From Candidatus Latescibacterota bacterium (GTDB lineage Bacteria; Latescibacterota; UBA2968; SICM01): a DNA stretch of 64,000 nucleotides. The notes under the pieces are model-generated. The model was not told the DNA's origin, did no database searches, and saw only the letters and a program-made list of their open reading frames with translations. Below are positions 51,139-60,348 of this stretch, piece by piece. A program made the position numbers and the translations under genes. The stretch spans positions 4,800,001 to 4,864,000 of the forward strand of contig CBDCJO010000002.1 in NCBI GenBank assembly GCA_965217865.1, given 5' to 3'. Numbering within the stretch: position 1 is the stretch's first letter; the number at the start of each line of letters is the position of its first letter.

Positions 51139-51678
51139 ATGCCCAGTAAGAAAACCCTTAAAAAACCCACCAAGAAACCCAGTAAGGTAAAAAGGAAGGT
51201 CAAAAAAACCGAAACGGGTTTGACAAAAAGGCAGACCAAGCTCTGCGAGGACCTGCTGCTCAAACGCCGGACGGAGATTTTGAGTGACCTGGAAGTTCAC
51301 AATAGTGAGGCGAATGGTCTCCAGGGCGATGTGGCCGCCGATCCTCTGGATCTTGCGGACGGGTCTCGTTCGTTGGAGCTAATGCGCGCCCTGGGTGATC
51401 AGGAGCGGCGGGAGATTAAGGAGATCGATCATGCGCTGGGGAAGATCACCCGGAAAGGTTTCGGGGTTTGTGAATGGCCCGAATGTAATGAGAAGATCCT
51501 CTTCAAACGCCTCGAGTTCATCCCCACGGCACGGATGTGCATCAGCCACCAAGAAACGTATGAACAGATGGCCCGGAGCGGGCAGATCCTCCCCGCCAGG
51601 CGCTACCTCCGCCGTGACGGGGCGGCGATCGAAGAGGGGGAGGATGAGGATGATTCTTTCAGGAGGCAGAACTACTAG
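51139..51678 (+). CDS. DksA/TraR family protein
   Basis: Coiled-coil tip DPLDLA, 'IDHAL.KI....FGVCE..EC...I...RL..IP.AR.C..H'. Confidence 0.85.
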   Translation: MPSKKTLKKPTKKPSKVKRKVKKTETGLTKRQTKLCEDLLLKRRTEILSDLEVHNSEANGLQGDVAADPLDLADGSRSLELMRALGDQERREIKEIDHALGKITRKGFGVCEWPECNEKILFKRLEFIPTARMCISHQETYEQMARSGQILPARRYLRRDGAAIEEGEDEDDSFRRQNY

Positions 51679-51686
51679 CGGGAGAG

Positions 51687-51722
51687 AACGGTGAGTGTGA
51701 AAGTTCACAACTCACCGTTTTT
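51687..51722 (+). terminator. Intrinsic terminator after the dksA-like gene
   Basis: AACGGTGAG...CTCACCGTT followed by a T run. Confidence 0.75.
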
Positions 51723-51749
51723 ATTTCAAGGCGTTTGTGTGGAGACCGG

Positions 51750-52751
51750 ATGGACGGCTATGAAGTGATTTTGACCGGGTTCGCGGATGAAGGGCCGGCC
51801 AGCAAAAAGGCGGAGGAACAGCTCGGGATCTGTCGTGCCCTTGGTATGTCATATTATACCATCCGGTTTGTGGATCTCGGCGACGGGGTCAAGAACGTGA
51901 TGAAGCTGTCGGACGATGAAATCAAGCGCCTCCAAGGATTACACAGCGATTTCGAAATGCGGGTTTCGTCGATCGGTTCGCCCATCGGGAAGATCAAACT
52001 GGTGGATCGTGAGGACGGCACGACGAACGTCTACATCCCGTTTGACAAATATCTGAGGGAAGAGGTTTCCCGAGCCATCGATCTGGCTCACATCTTTGAG
52101 ACGAAGCTGATCCGTGGATTTTCTTTCTACCCGCCAAGGGGGGACGACCCGGGAAAATACCTCGATCAATCGGCGGATTACCTGAGGCAGATCGCGGCGC
52201 GGTGTGAAGAAGAAAACCTTTACTTTGGCCTGGAGATCGAAACGCACTTGGTCGGGCAGACCGGGGGACTGCTCAAAACCCTCCACGAAAAGGTGGACAA
52301 CGAGCACCTCTGTTTGATTTTCGACTGCGGAAATATCGAGTCGATGGGTTTCAGCGCCGCCGAGTCGGTCTCTCAATATCACCAAATGGAGGCGGGTTTA
52401 GGCTGGGTTCACGTGAAGGGTACCAGATGCCCCGCGGATTCGGCCTTCGAAGCGGACCTGAAGCGGCGTGATCTTGCGGGTTTCATCCCGGTCGATCTGG
52501 GTGACTTGGGCAACGAAGGTTCATTGCGGGCGTTCCGGGAGGTGCTTCCCCGGCTGAACAGAATTTGGAAGGCCAGGGGGGTTCCCGGCGTGTTTGTAGA
52601 CCTGGAACCCCATATCAAGAGCGGGGGACAGTTCGGTGGGTTCAGCGGTCCTGACGGGTTCGGGGTGGCCTTCAGGGGACTTTTGAGGTTACTTGATTTT
52701 GTGAGGATCGGGTACCACCTTACGGATTTTAACGACCTGAGGAATCGGTAG
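51750..52751 (+). CDS. Xylose-isomerase-like TIM-barrel protein
   Basis: 'LTGFADE', 'SIGSPIGK', 'IRGFSFY', 'FDCGN', 'DLEPH'. Confidence 0.85.
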   Translation: MDGYEVILTGFADEGPASKKAEEQLGICRALGMSYYTIRFVDLGDGVKNVMKLSDDEIKRLQGLHSDFEMRVSSIGSPIGKIKLVDREDGTTNVYIPFDKYLREEVSRAIDLAHIFETKLIRGFSFYPPRGDDPGKYLDQSADYLRQIAARCEEENLYFGLEIETHLVGQTGGLLKTLHEKVDNEHLCLIFDCGNIESMGFSAAESVSQYHQMEAGLGWVHVKGTRCPADSAFEADLKRRDLAGFIPVDLGDLGNEGSLRAFREVLPRLNRIWKARGVPGVFVDLEPHIKSGGQFGGFSGPDGFGVAFRGLLRLLDFVRIGYHLTDFNDLRNR

Positions 52752-52848
52752 AAAAAAGGGTTATGTGCAGGGGCACGGGTACGGGAATCTAATGATTCCG
52801 AGACCTGATCCCCGCTTCTGACCCCGTTTTTTTATCAGGAGGGAGACC

Positions 52849-53361
52849 ATGCCCTATCAAGATCACATCCAGGCATCGAAAGGGACCGTTGATTGCGCCA
52901 TTATCACGGTCAGCGATACGCGAACCGAATCGACAGACAAGAGCGGGATGATCATGAAGGAACTGCTCGCGGCATCGAACCACAGGGTTGTGCATTACGA
53001 GATTATCAAAGACGAACCGGACCAAATTCGCGATGTTTTGAGCCGGTTTGCCGATGAAGGGTCTTGTCAGGTGGTTCTGCTTAACGGCGGAACGGGCATC
53101 TCACGCCGCGACACGACTTATGAAGCCGTGTCGGGCCTTCTTGAAAAGGAGCTGAACGGTTTCGGAGAAATCTTTCGCTACCTCAGCTATCAGGAGATCG
53201 GCTCAGGGGCCTTCCTGTCCAGAGCGACAGCCGGGGCCTACCGGGATATGATCCTTTTTTCGATGCCCGGCTCCCACAACGCGGTTCGACTGGCAATGGA
53301 GAAGCTGATCGTTCCGGAGTTGTCCCATCTTGTCTGGGAGATCTGGCGGCACGCGGAGTGA
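52849..53361 (+). CDS. moaB: Molybdenum cofactor biosynthesis protein B (MogA/MoaB family)
   Basis: 'ITVSDTR', 'DKSG', 'GGTGI..RD.T', 'GFGEIFR', 'SRA', 'PGS'. Confidence 0.9.
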   Translation: MPYQDHIQASKGTVDCAIITVSDTRTESTDKSGMIMKELLAASNHRVVHYEIIKDEPDQIRDVLSRFADEGSCQVVLLNGGTGISRRDTTYEAVSGLLEKELNGFGEIFRYLSYQEIGSGAFLSRATAGAYRDMILFSMPGSHNAVRLAMEKLIVPELSHLVWEIWRHAE

Positions 53362-54191
53362 GAAACGTGGATTCGCGAATTGCATACATCGAAATGACCA
53401 CGGGAATTGCCGGTGATATGTTCGTGGGAGCGATGATCGATGCGGGATGCCCGATCGAACGGCTGCGCGGCGGGATGGATGATATCGGGCTGAAGGGGAT
53501 GCGAATCGAGGCACATCGGGTTACCCGCAAAGGTCTGGGTGGGACCAGGTTTGAGGTAATCGAGGAGAAGATCGGGCGAGGAGGTCATGCGTCGGGTGTC
53601 CGGGTTCGGTCACCCGAACGAATAAACGGCCGAGACCAAACGATAGAAATACACCCGGAAACAGAACATCCACATCGTAGGGGATTGAAAGAGATTTCAC
53701 AGATGATCGTTCGAAGCAGTCTTCCTGAACCGGTGAAGTCGAAAGCCGGAGCGGTATTTCATGCGATCGCAAAGGTGGAGGCTCACCTTCACAACACCAC
53801 GGTTGAGGAGATCCATTTTCACGAAGTCGGAGCGCTGGATTCTATTGCGGATGTGGTCGGCGCCTGTCTGGCGCTTCACGAGATGGGGATTGCCGAGGTT
53901 TATGCCTCAGAAGTGCCTCTCGGCGGAGGCGGGACCGTTACCTTCAGCCACGGGATCATACCGGTTCCCGTACCGGCTACCCTTGAGCTCCTGAAGGGAA
54001 TCCCCACACGCACCAGCGACTTGAAGACCGAAATCGTGACGCCTACGGGAGCCGCCCTGCTCCGGGTGATCTGTTCCGGATTTGGAGCCAGACCCGATAT
54101 GGTCATCGAACAGGTGGGCTATGGCGCGGGGAAAAAGGAATTTCCCGACCGGCCCAACCTGCTCAGGATCCTGGTCGGGAGGCCGGTATGA
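53358..54191 (+). CDS. larC: LarC-family nickel insertion protein, N-terminal (LarC1) part only
   Basis: 'GIAGDM', 'HFHEVGALDSI.D', 'HG..PVP.PA', 'TPTGAA', 'GYGAG', 'PNLLR'. 277 aa. Confidence 0.85.
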   Translation: MRNVDSRIAYIEMTTGIAGDMFVGAMIDAGCPIERLRGGMDDIGLKGMRIEAHRVTRKGLGGTRFEVIEEKIGRGGHASGVRVRSPERINGRDQTIEIHPETEHPHRRGLKEISQMIVRSSLPEPVKSKAGAVFHAIAKVEAHLHNTTVEEIHFHEVGALDSIADVVGACLALHEMGIAEVYASEVPLGGGGTVTFSHGIIPVPVPATLELLKGIPTRTSDLKTEIVTPTGAALLRVICSGFGARPDMVIEQVGYGAGKKEFPDRPNLLRILVGRPV

Positions 54192-54345
54192 TGAAAATGC
54201 AAAGTGCAAAATGGAAAATGCATGGAAAGCAGTAACAGTGGCAAGGCAGGGAAATTGAATATTGAATATTGAAGATCGATAGAACCACAAGAGAGCCCTG
54301 GGTTTTCAAATATTCAATTCTCCGATATTCAATATTCAATGAAGC
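54190..54345 (+). repeat. Degenerate heptamer repeats with an inverted pair
   Basis: GAAAAT-GCAAAGT-GCAAAAT-GGAAAAT. (ATTGAAT)n versus (ATTCAAT)n. Confidence 0.75.
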
Positions 54346-54369
54346 TCGGGGGGGCGGCCGACGGGCGGC

Positions 54370-54464
54370 TTGATTTGTCCACCCTTTCATATTATATTGA
54401 ATCCGCGTTCGTCATTCTGGCCGGGAGACACCTGACGGAGATTTACCCGTTCAGATGACGACGC
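54370..54464 (+). promoter_or_regulatory. Sigma70-type promoter followed by a structured 5' leader
   Basis: TTGATT-N17-TATATT (54370-54398). Hairpin GCGT-TCGTCAT-TCTG...CAG-ATGACG-ACGC (54405-54464). Confidence 0.6.
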
Positions 54465-54482
54465 CTTCAGAGAGAGGAACCA

Positions 54483-55802
54483 ATGTTGCTGCTGGCGCTG
54501 GCGGCGTTTCTGGTGTTCCTGAATGGTTTCTTCGTTGCGGCTGAATTCGCGATCGTCAAAATCCGATCAAGCCGTCTTGAGGAGCTGGTGGCTGAGGGAC
54601 GGCCCGGAGCTAAGATGGCCCGGAACATCGTCCAGCACCTCGATGCTTATCTTTCCGCGACTCAAATCGGCATCACCCTGGCCAGCCTTGGCCTGGGTTG
54701 GATTGGTGAGCCCGCGGTGGCACACCTGATCATCGAACCCCTGTTCGTCTGGATCGGTATCCTTTCCGAAAGCGCAATCCACACAACCTCCCTGACCATC
54801 GCATTTGTCATCATCTCCTTCTTCCACGTTGTCCTGGGTGAACTGGCTCCCAAATCGATCGCCATCCAGCGCGCCGAGAACACCGTCCTTGCCGTTTCCC
54901 TGCCACTCAAAGGATTCTATTATCTCTTCCTTCCGGCCATCTGGTTGTTCAACGGATCTGCGAACTATTTCCTGAAAGCAGTGGGCCTCCCACCCGCAGG
55001 CTCACACGAATTCGCCCATTCGGCGGAGGAGATTCGAATTATCCTGGATAAGTCCGAGGAGGATGGGATTCTGTCGGAAGGGAAACACGACATCCTTGAG
55101 GGCGCCCTGGATATCTCCGAACAGACGGTGAAGCAGATTATGGTCCCCCGGGTTGACGTGGTTTACTTCTCCACCTTGGTTACCTGGAAGGAAGTTGTAG
55201 AGACGGTTCTGCAGAACGGGTATTCAAGGTTTCCATTATGCGAAGATGACCTGGATCACCCGATCGGCATCTTATATGCCAAGGACTTGCTCCGTTTCCT
55301 GGGGGATCCTGATGGTCCCTCCACCGAGGAAATTGTGGCCCTGAAGCGAGAGGTCCCGTTCGTTCCGGAAAGCCAGGCGGTGGAAATGCTTCTACAGCGA
55401 TTCCAGAAGGGCTTCATTCATATGGCGATCGTGGTAGACGAGTATGGCGGGACCTCTGGTATCGTCACCCTCGAGGATGTTCTGGAGGAACTCGTGGGGG
55501 AGATCCAGGATGAGATGGACCACGAATCACCTGCGATTGAAGGGACTCAGGAAGGACATTTTCGTGTTAGCGGTCAAGTATCCGTCGATGACCTGGAGGA
55601 CTTGACGAATGTTTCGCTTCCGGACACACAATGGGACACGGTCGGCGGCTATATACAGTTCCACCTGGGCCGGGTCGCGGTGCAAGGGGATGAGGTTGAG
55701 GTCGAGGGACATAAGTTCAAGGTACTTGAAGTGGACAAACAACGCATCGTTCAGATTTTGTTGATTCCGGCTCCTCAGGCTGGTGAGGATGAGGAGGGTT
55801 GA
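54483..55802 (+). CDS. CNNM/CBS/CorC (hemolysin-family) transporter
   Basis: 'NGFFVAAEFA', 'GELAPK', 'MVPR', 'YSRFP', 'VDEYGGTSG.VT.ED..EE.VGEI.DE', 'TVGG'. Confidence 0.92.
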   Translation: MLLLALAAFLVFLNGFFVAAEFAIVKIRSSRLEELVAEGRPGAKMARNIVQHLDAYLSATQIGITLASLGLGWIGEPAVAHLIIEPLFVWIGILSESAIHTTSLTIAFVIISFFHVVLGELAPKSIAIQRAENTVLAVSLPLKGFYYLFLPAIWLFNGSANYFLKAVGLPPAGSHEFAHSAEEIRIILDKSEEDGILSEGKHDILEGALDISEQTVKQIMVPRVDVVYFSTLVTWKEVVETVLQNGYSRFPLCEDDLDHPIGILYAKDLLRFLGDPDGPSTEEIVALKREVPFVPESQAVEMLLQRFQKGFIHMAIVVDEYGGTSGIVTLEDVLEELVGEIQDEMDHESPAIEGTQEGHFRVSGQVSVDDLEDLTNVSLPDTQWDTVGGYIQFHLGRVAVQGDEVEVEGHKFKVLEVDKQRIVQILLIPAPQAGEDEEG

Positions 55803-55881
55803 ACCTGATTACATTTCGAATTCCGGGGTTAGGGCGACCGTTCTCAGGGGTTGAGCTTGAAAGGTCGCCCTTTCTGGTAAT

Positions 55882-57108
55882 ATGGCAGATGACATCTATG
55901 ATCTGATCATCGTCGGCGGGGGGCCTGCGGGGGCAACGGCAGCACTTTTTGCAAAGCGCCAAGGCTTAAAAACCCTCCTCATAGACAAGTCCAGATTTCC
56001 GAGGGACAAGATCTGCGGGGATGCCCTTTCAGGAAAAGCGGTCACCGTCTTGCGTGAGTTGGACCTTTTCGAGAAGGTCCGTGACCTGCCAGGAGTCTTG
56101 GTTAACAAGATAATTTTTGGGAGTCCCAAAGGGATGGAAGTTGATATCGATCTCAGTCGATCCAGTCGACAGGACTTTCTCACCGGATTTGTCATCCGCC
56201 GTGAGATTTTCGACACCTTCCTTTTCAGGGAAGCCCAAAAAGTTGTGGACACCAGTATCGAAGGATTCACGGTTCGTGAGCTGATCCAGGAGGGGGGAAA
56301 GGTTTGTGGCGTCCGGGGTGCGTCTTCGGGATCGGAAGGACAAGAGTACCGGGGCCGGATTGTCCTGGGTGCCGATGGGTTTAACTCCATCGTCGCAAGG
56401 AAGGGGGGGCTCTATCGACACGAGCCCAGGCACTGGATCGTTGCCCTGAGATGTTACTATCAAAATGTGAAAGGACTTAGTAACCAGATCGAATTGCAGT
56501 ATGTGGACGAAGTCCTCCCCGGATATTTCTGGATATTTCCACTCGAAAACGGTTGCGCCAACGTCGGGATCGGCATGGTGTATGACTTCCTCAAAAAGCG
56601 AAAAGTGGACCTCAACACGGCCCTTCAGAGAGTGATCGAAAGCCCCAAGTTCAAGGACAGATTTGCGAATTCGAGAGCCCTTGAAAGACCCATCGGATGG
56701 AACCTGCCCGTGGGCAGCAAGCGTCGGAAAAGCTACGGAAACGGATTTATGCTCATTGGGGACGCGGCAGGGTTGATCGATCCCTTTACGGGAGAAGGAA
56801 TCGGGAATGCCCTTTACTCTGCCCGATATGCCGTGGCATGCGCCAGGGAGGCTTGCGACGCAGGGGATTTCGGCCAGGAATTCCTTCGCCGATATGAAAG
56901 TCACCTCTGGGAGGAGATCGGAGATGAATTGAGGGTCAGCTCCCGGCTGCAGACCATCGGACGTATACGTCCGCTTCTGAACTTCGTCATTCACAAAGCT
57001 TCCAGGAGCCAGGAGGTTCGGGACATCATTTGCGGAATGATCGCGGACGAAGTACCCAAAAAACGGTTGACGAATCCCCTGTTTTATTTAAAACTCCTGT
57101 TCAATTAG
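55882..57108 (+). CDS. Geranylgeranyl reductase family FAD oxidoreductase
   Basis: GGGPAG, 'FPRDKICGD', 'GADG', 'GYFWIFP', 'GDAAG..DPFTGEGI'. Confidence 0.9.
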   Translation: MADDIYDLIIVGGGPAGATAALFAKRQGLKTLLIDKSRFPRDKICGDALSGKAVTVLRELDLFEKVRDLPGVLVNKIIFGSPKGMEVDIDLSRSSRQDFLTGFVIRREIFDTFLFREAQKVVDTSIEGFTVRELIQEGGKVCGVRGASSGSEGQEYRGRIVLGADGFNSIVARKGGLYRHEPRHWIVALRCYYQNVKGLSNQIELQYVDEVLPGYFWIFPLENGCANVGIGMVYDFLKKRKVDLNTALQRVIESPKFKDRFANSRALERPIGWNLPVGSKRRKSYGNGFMLIGDAAGLIDPFTGEGIGNALYSARYAVACAREACDAGDFGQEFLRRYESHLWEEIGDELRVSSRLQTIGRIRPLLNFVIHKASRSQEVRDIICGMIADEVPKKRLTNPLFYLKLLFN

Positions 57109-57279
57109 GAATGGGGATCAGAAGTCAGAGGTCGGAGGTCAGGGAAATGAAGTGGCAGTGGCAGGAAGAGCAAAGGGAGGGGGGCGGAGGGAGATTGAAG
57201 ATCGAAAGACCGTCAAACGTGAGACGTGAAACCGAACTATCGTGACGGACTAATTGAATTCGATTGAGGGTCAGACCTA

Positions 57280-57770
57280 ACCCCTGGCCCCTTCCCTAAA
57301 GGGAAGGGGAAACACAGCGATTCGTTAAACGGCATCACCAATCAAACGATTTTTGTAGGGGCGGACCTGTGTGTCCGCCCCCGATCAGAACGGCGAACAG
57401 GCTGGGGACGGGTGCATACGCAGGTGCGCCCCTACGGGAAATGGGCGGTCCGGCCGCCGAGGATTGGATGTAAATGAATCTCCGGGCGAGGAACCGCGTC
57501 GCCCCTACGGGAATCGGGTGGGTCGACAAAATTGGTGTAGGGGCACGATGCATCGTGCCCCTACGATGGTAATCTAATTCAGGGTTGTTTCATGAACATA
57601 GCCTTGATAGAATGGGATAGCTCCTTTGATTTGTGGGACCCGACCCCAGACGGGAATAAGGGCATCAGCCAAGGGAATTCCCTGTTGAAGGGATCCTGGC
57701 CCTACAGAGCCAAGTTCCCGGTCTGGAGACCGGTCCCACAACTTGTGGCCACATAAGGCCATGGGGTTTA
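57280..57770. repeat. Composite REP cluster (GTAG-type units plus second copy of the GTGGGA element)
   Basis: TGTAGGGGCGGAC..GTCCGCCC (57354), ..GCCCCTAC (57435 and 57508), GTAGGGGCACGATGCATCGTGCCCCTAC (57537-57564), TTGTGGGACC...GGTCCCACAA (57631-57741), CCCCTTCCC-taaa-GGGAAGGGG. Confidence 0.8.
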
Positions 57771-57843
57771 ATTTGAGGCTGACCGAAGGTAGGCTGCGAC
57801 ATAGACACCTCTTGCATGGTGACAACCAATAGGTAAGTAAGCC

Positions 57844-59157
57844 TTGAAAAATCCAAAGGAATTCTTCCTCGTTGCGTGTTTATACGTCGCCTTCCTCGCT
57901 CTCCCATCCGAAGTGAACGGCTTCCAGGCGGACCGATCGGACTTCGATAATAACGGGGTTGTGGATTTCGACGATTTTTTTCTGTTCGCCGTTGCGTTCG
58001 GGGGAGATGAAGCCCGTTTCGATCTGGATGATAACGGGCGAATCGATTTTGAAGATTTTTTTCTGTTTGCCCAGGACTTCGGAAAAACGACGGTGTCTTC
58101 GGGGTCCCCGCCACCCCGAGATTCTCTTGTGGTCGAAACCATCGCGACAGGACTGGATACGCCGTGGGATCTGGTCTGGGGTCCCGATGGAGCGATCTGG
58201 GTCACCGAGCGCAAGGGAACCATCTCGCGGGTCGACGTGACCAGCGGCCGGGTCACCCAAATCGGTCAGATCGGTGTGATTGAATTCAGCGAGAGTGGGT
58301 TGATGGGAATGACCTTTCATCCCAACTTTGATTCCCTGCCCCTTGTTTACATTGTTCACTCTTACAGTTCCGGCAATGCCATCCGGAACCGTCTGATCCG
58401 ATTGCGTTTCGACGGCAACCGGCTCAGCGATGTCGAGACTTTGCTCGATGATATTCCGGGTGCCGCCAATCACGATGGATCCCGGCTGGCCATCGGCCCG
58501 GACCGTTTGATCTACCTGACCACGGGGGATGCCCAGAACCCGGGTCTGGCCCAGGATCTCGATTCCCTGGCGGGCAAGGTCCTCCGTCTTACCTTAGAGG
58601 GGGCTCCAGCACCCGGCAACCCTTTCGGCACTTATGTGTTCTCATACGGTCACCGCAATCCCCAGGGGCTCGCGTTTAGGCCAAGCACCGGACTGCCTTA
58701 TGTCTCCGAGCACGGCCCATCCGATAACGATGAGGTGAATCTGATAGAACCCGGGGGAAACTACGCCTGGCCGAACGTTCGAGGATTCTGCGACGGCGAC
58801 GTCTTGGGCGAGCTGGCCTTCTGTCAATCGAACAAGGTGGCCGAACCCGTCGCGACCTGGACCCCTACGATCGCTCCTTCGGGTGCGGCCTTTTACAATT
58901 CGAATGAAATCCCTGGTTGGCGGGGGAGCTTTCTGTTTACCACGCTGAAGGGATCCGCCCTTTATCGCCTGAGCCTATCCGAGGACGGAAGGAGGGCGGT
59001 CGATCAGGAGGTCCTGTTTCACCGCGAGTTCGGGCGTCTTCGAGATGTCCTGGTCAGCCCCTCCGGGGATGTCTATCTGGCGACCAGCAACCGGGACGGC
59101 CGCGGCAACCCAACGTCTGACGACGATCGAATCATTCGAATCCGGTTAATAAGGTGA
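57844..59157 (+). CDS. PQQ-dependent sugar (glucose/sorbosone) dehydrogenase with N-terminal dockerin/EF-hand-like pair
   Basis: Signal peptide, two 'DFD/DLD.NG..DF.DFFLFA..FG' repeats, 'PWD', 'HDGSRL', 'GKVLR', 'GHRNPQG', 'GRLRDV'. Confidence 0.9.
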   Translation: MKNPKEFFLVACLYVAFLALPSEVNGFQADRSDFDNNGVVDFDDFFLFAVAFGGDEARFDLDDNGRIDFEDFFLFAQDFGKTTVSSGSPPPRDSLVVETIATGLDTPWDLVWGPDGAIWVTERKGTISRVDVTSGRVTQIGQIGVIEFSESGLMGMTFHPNFDSLPLVYIVHSYSSGNAIRNRLIRLRFDGNRLSDVETLLDDIPGAANHDGSRLAIGPDRLIYLTTGDAQNPGLAQDLDSLAGKVLRLTLEGAPAPGNPFGTYVFSYGHRNPQGLAFRPSTGLPYVSEHGPSDNDEVNLIEPGGNYAWPNVRGFCDGDVLGELAFCQSNKVAEPVATWTPTIAPSGAAFYNSNEIPGWRGSFLFTTLKGSALYRLSLSEDGRRAVDQEVLFHREFGRLRDVLVSPSGDVYLATSNRDGRGNPTSDDDRIIRIRLIR

Positions 59158-59262
59158 TCGGCGAGTGGTGGTTCGTGATGGGTTAGACATCACCATGACC
59201 CTTCACCCATAACCCTTCTTCACTTCCCATTCCATTCCCAGCCATTAAAGGAGAGTTTCACG

Positions 59263-60189
59263 GTGTCCAAAGATTCCAGCGAGGTCCTCGAACGGGAAGT
59301 CACGCGTAGAATCGGATCCAACGAGATTCCGCAACGTGTTTTCGGAAAAACGGGAGAATCCGTGCCTGTTATCGGGTTGGGATCCGCGCCGGGTGGGGTG
59401 GGTTTAAAGGACGAGGATGCGATTCCCCTCTACCACAAGGCGATCGATCGGGGCGTGACTTACATCGATACGGCGACGGGTTACGGGCGGGCTCAGGCAC
59501 AACTGGGAGAGGTGGTGCGGGAACGTCGCGAGGAGGTTTTCCTGGTTACCAAGACACACACGGATGACGGGGCCAAAGCCCTGGAGATCCTGGAACAGAA
59601 TATGAGGCTTCTTCAGACGGACCAGGTGGACCTCACCTACGTCCACGCAGTGGGCGGACTGGATGTGGATCGCGTCCTGGCCAAGGATGGGTCTCTGTCC
59701 GGGCTTCGAGAGGCGCAAAGGCGGGGGTGGACCCGCTTCGTTGGGTTCACGGCCCATGCCTCGCCGTGGAAGTCGGCGAAGATCCTGAGGGAAGCGGATG
59801 TGGACGCCGTGATGTTGGCTGTGAATCCCGGGGACCGATTTACCTATAACTTCGAGGAGAACGCCCTTCCGTTGGCTTCCCTGCAAAATGCGGGCGTGGC
59901 CGCGATGAAGGTTTACGGAGGTGCCGAGGGGATGAAATACAGCCCCCCCAAACCCTCTGCGGTGCGTTCGCACGGACCCCACAACCACGAGGTTTTGTTC
60001 AGATATGCGCTGGGCCTTCCCGGGGTGGCCATTGCGGTCATCGGCATGTATAACGAGGAGGAACTGAATCAGAACATCAAATGGGCAAAGGGATTCAGCC
60101 CGCTTACGGAAAGGGAGGAAAAAGACGTTCGAACGCTGGGGAAAGAGTTGTCCGGCGCATGGGGGCCGCACTTTGGGCCGGTGGAGTGA
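59263..60189 (+). CDS. Aldo/keto reductase
   Basis: 'R.FGKTG..V..IGLG', 'YIDTA..YG', 'VTK', 'AMK'. Confidence 0.9.
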   Translation: MSKDSSEVLEREVTRRIGSNEIPQRVFGKTGESVPVIGLGSAPGGVGLKDEDAIPLYHKAIDRGVTYIDTATGYGRAQAQLGEVVRERREEVFLVTKTHTDDGAKALEILEQNMRLLQTDQVDLTYVHAVGGLDVDRVLAKDGSLSGLREAQRRGWTRFVGFTAHASPWKSAKILREADVDAVMLAVNPGDRFTYNFEENALPLASLQNAGVAAMKVYGGAEGMKYSPPKPSAVRSHGPHNHEVLFRYALGLPGVAIAVIGMYNEEELNQNIKWAKGFSPLTEREEKDVRTLGKELSGAWGPHFGPVE

Positions 60190-60284
60190 GGCGTTTCCCT
60201 TTTTCGCTTCGAAGGAGACCGACTGATCCTTAGGGGCACGGCATGCCGAGCCTTCAAAAGTCACTCGCGGTTTTATTTTTGATC

Positions 60285-60340
60285 TTGACAGAATCCGACT
60301 CTTTTCGTAACTTCAGGTCAATTAAATCATTGCTTAATTG
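60285..60340 (+). promoter_or_regulatory. Promoter with ArsR/SmtB-type operator
   Basis: TTGACA (60285)-N17-TAACTT. Palindrome CAATTAA-atcattgc-TTAATTG (60319-60340) just upstream of the repressor gene. Confidence 0.7.
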
Positions 60341-60348
60341 TTTATATA

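Noticed and set aside
57354-57564. Spaced repeats as a possible CRISPR array
   Set aside because: Units are inverted, variable palindromes with irregular spacing, and no cas genes are present; REP-like instead.
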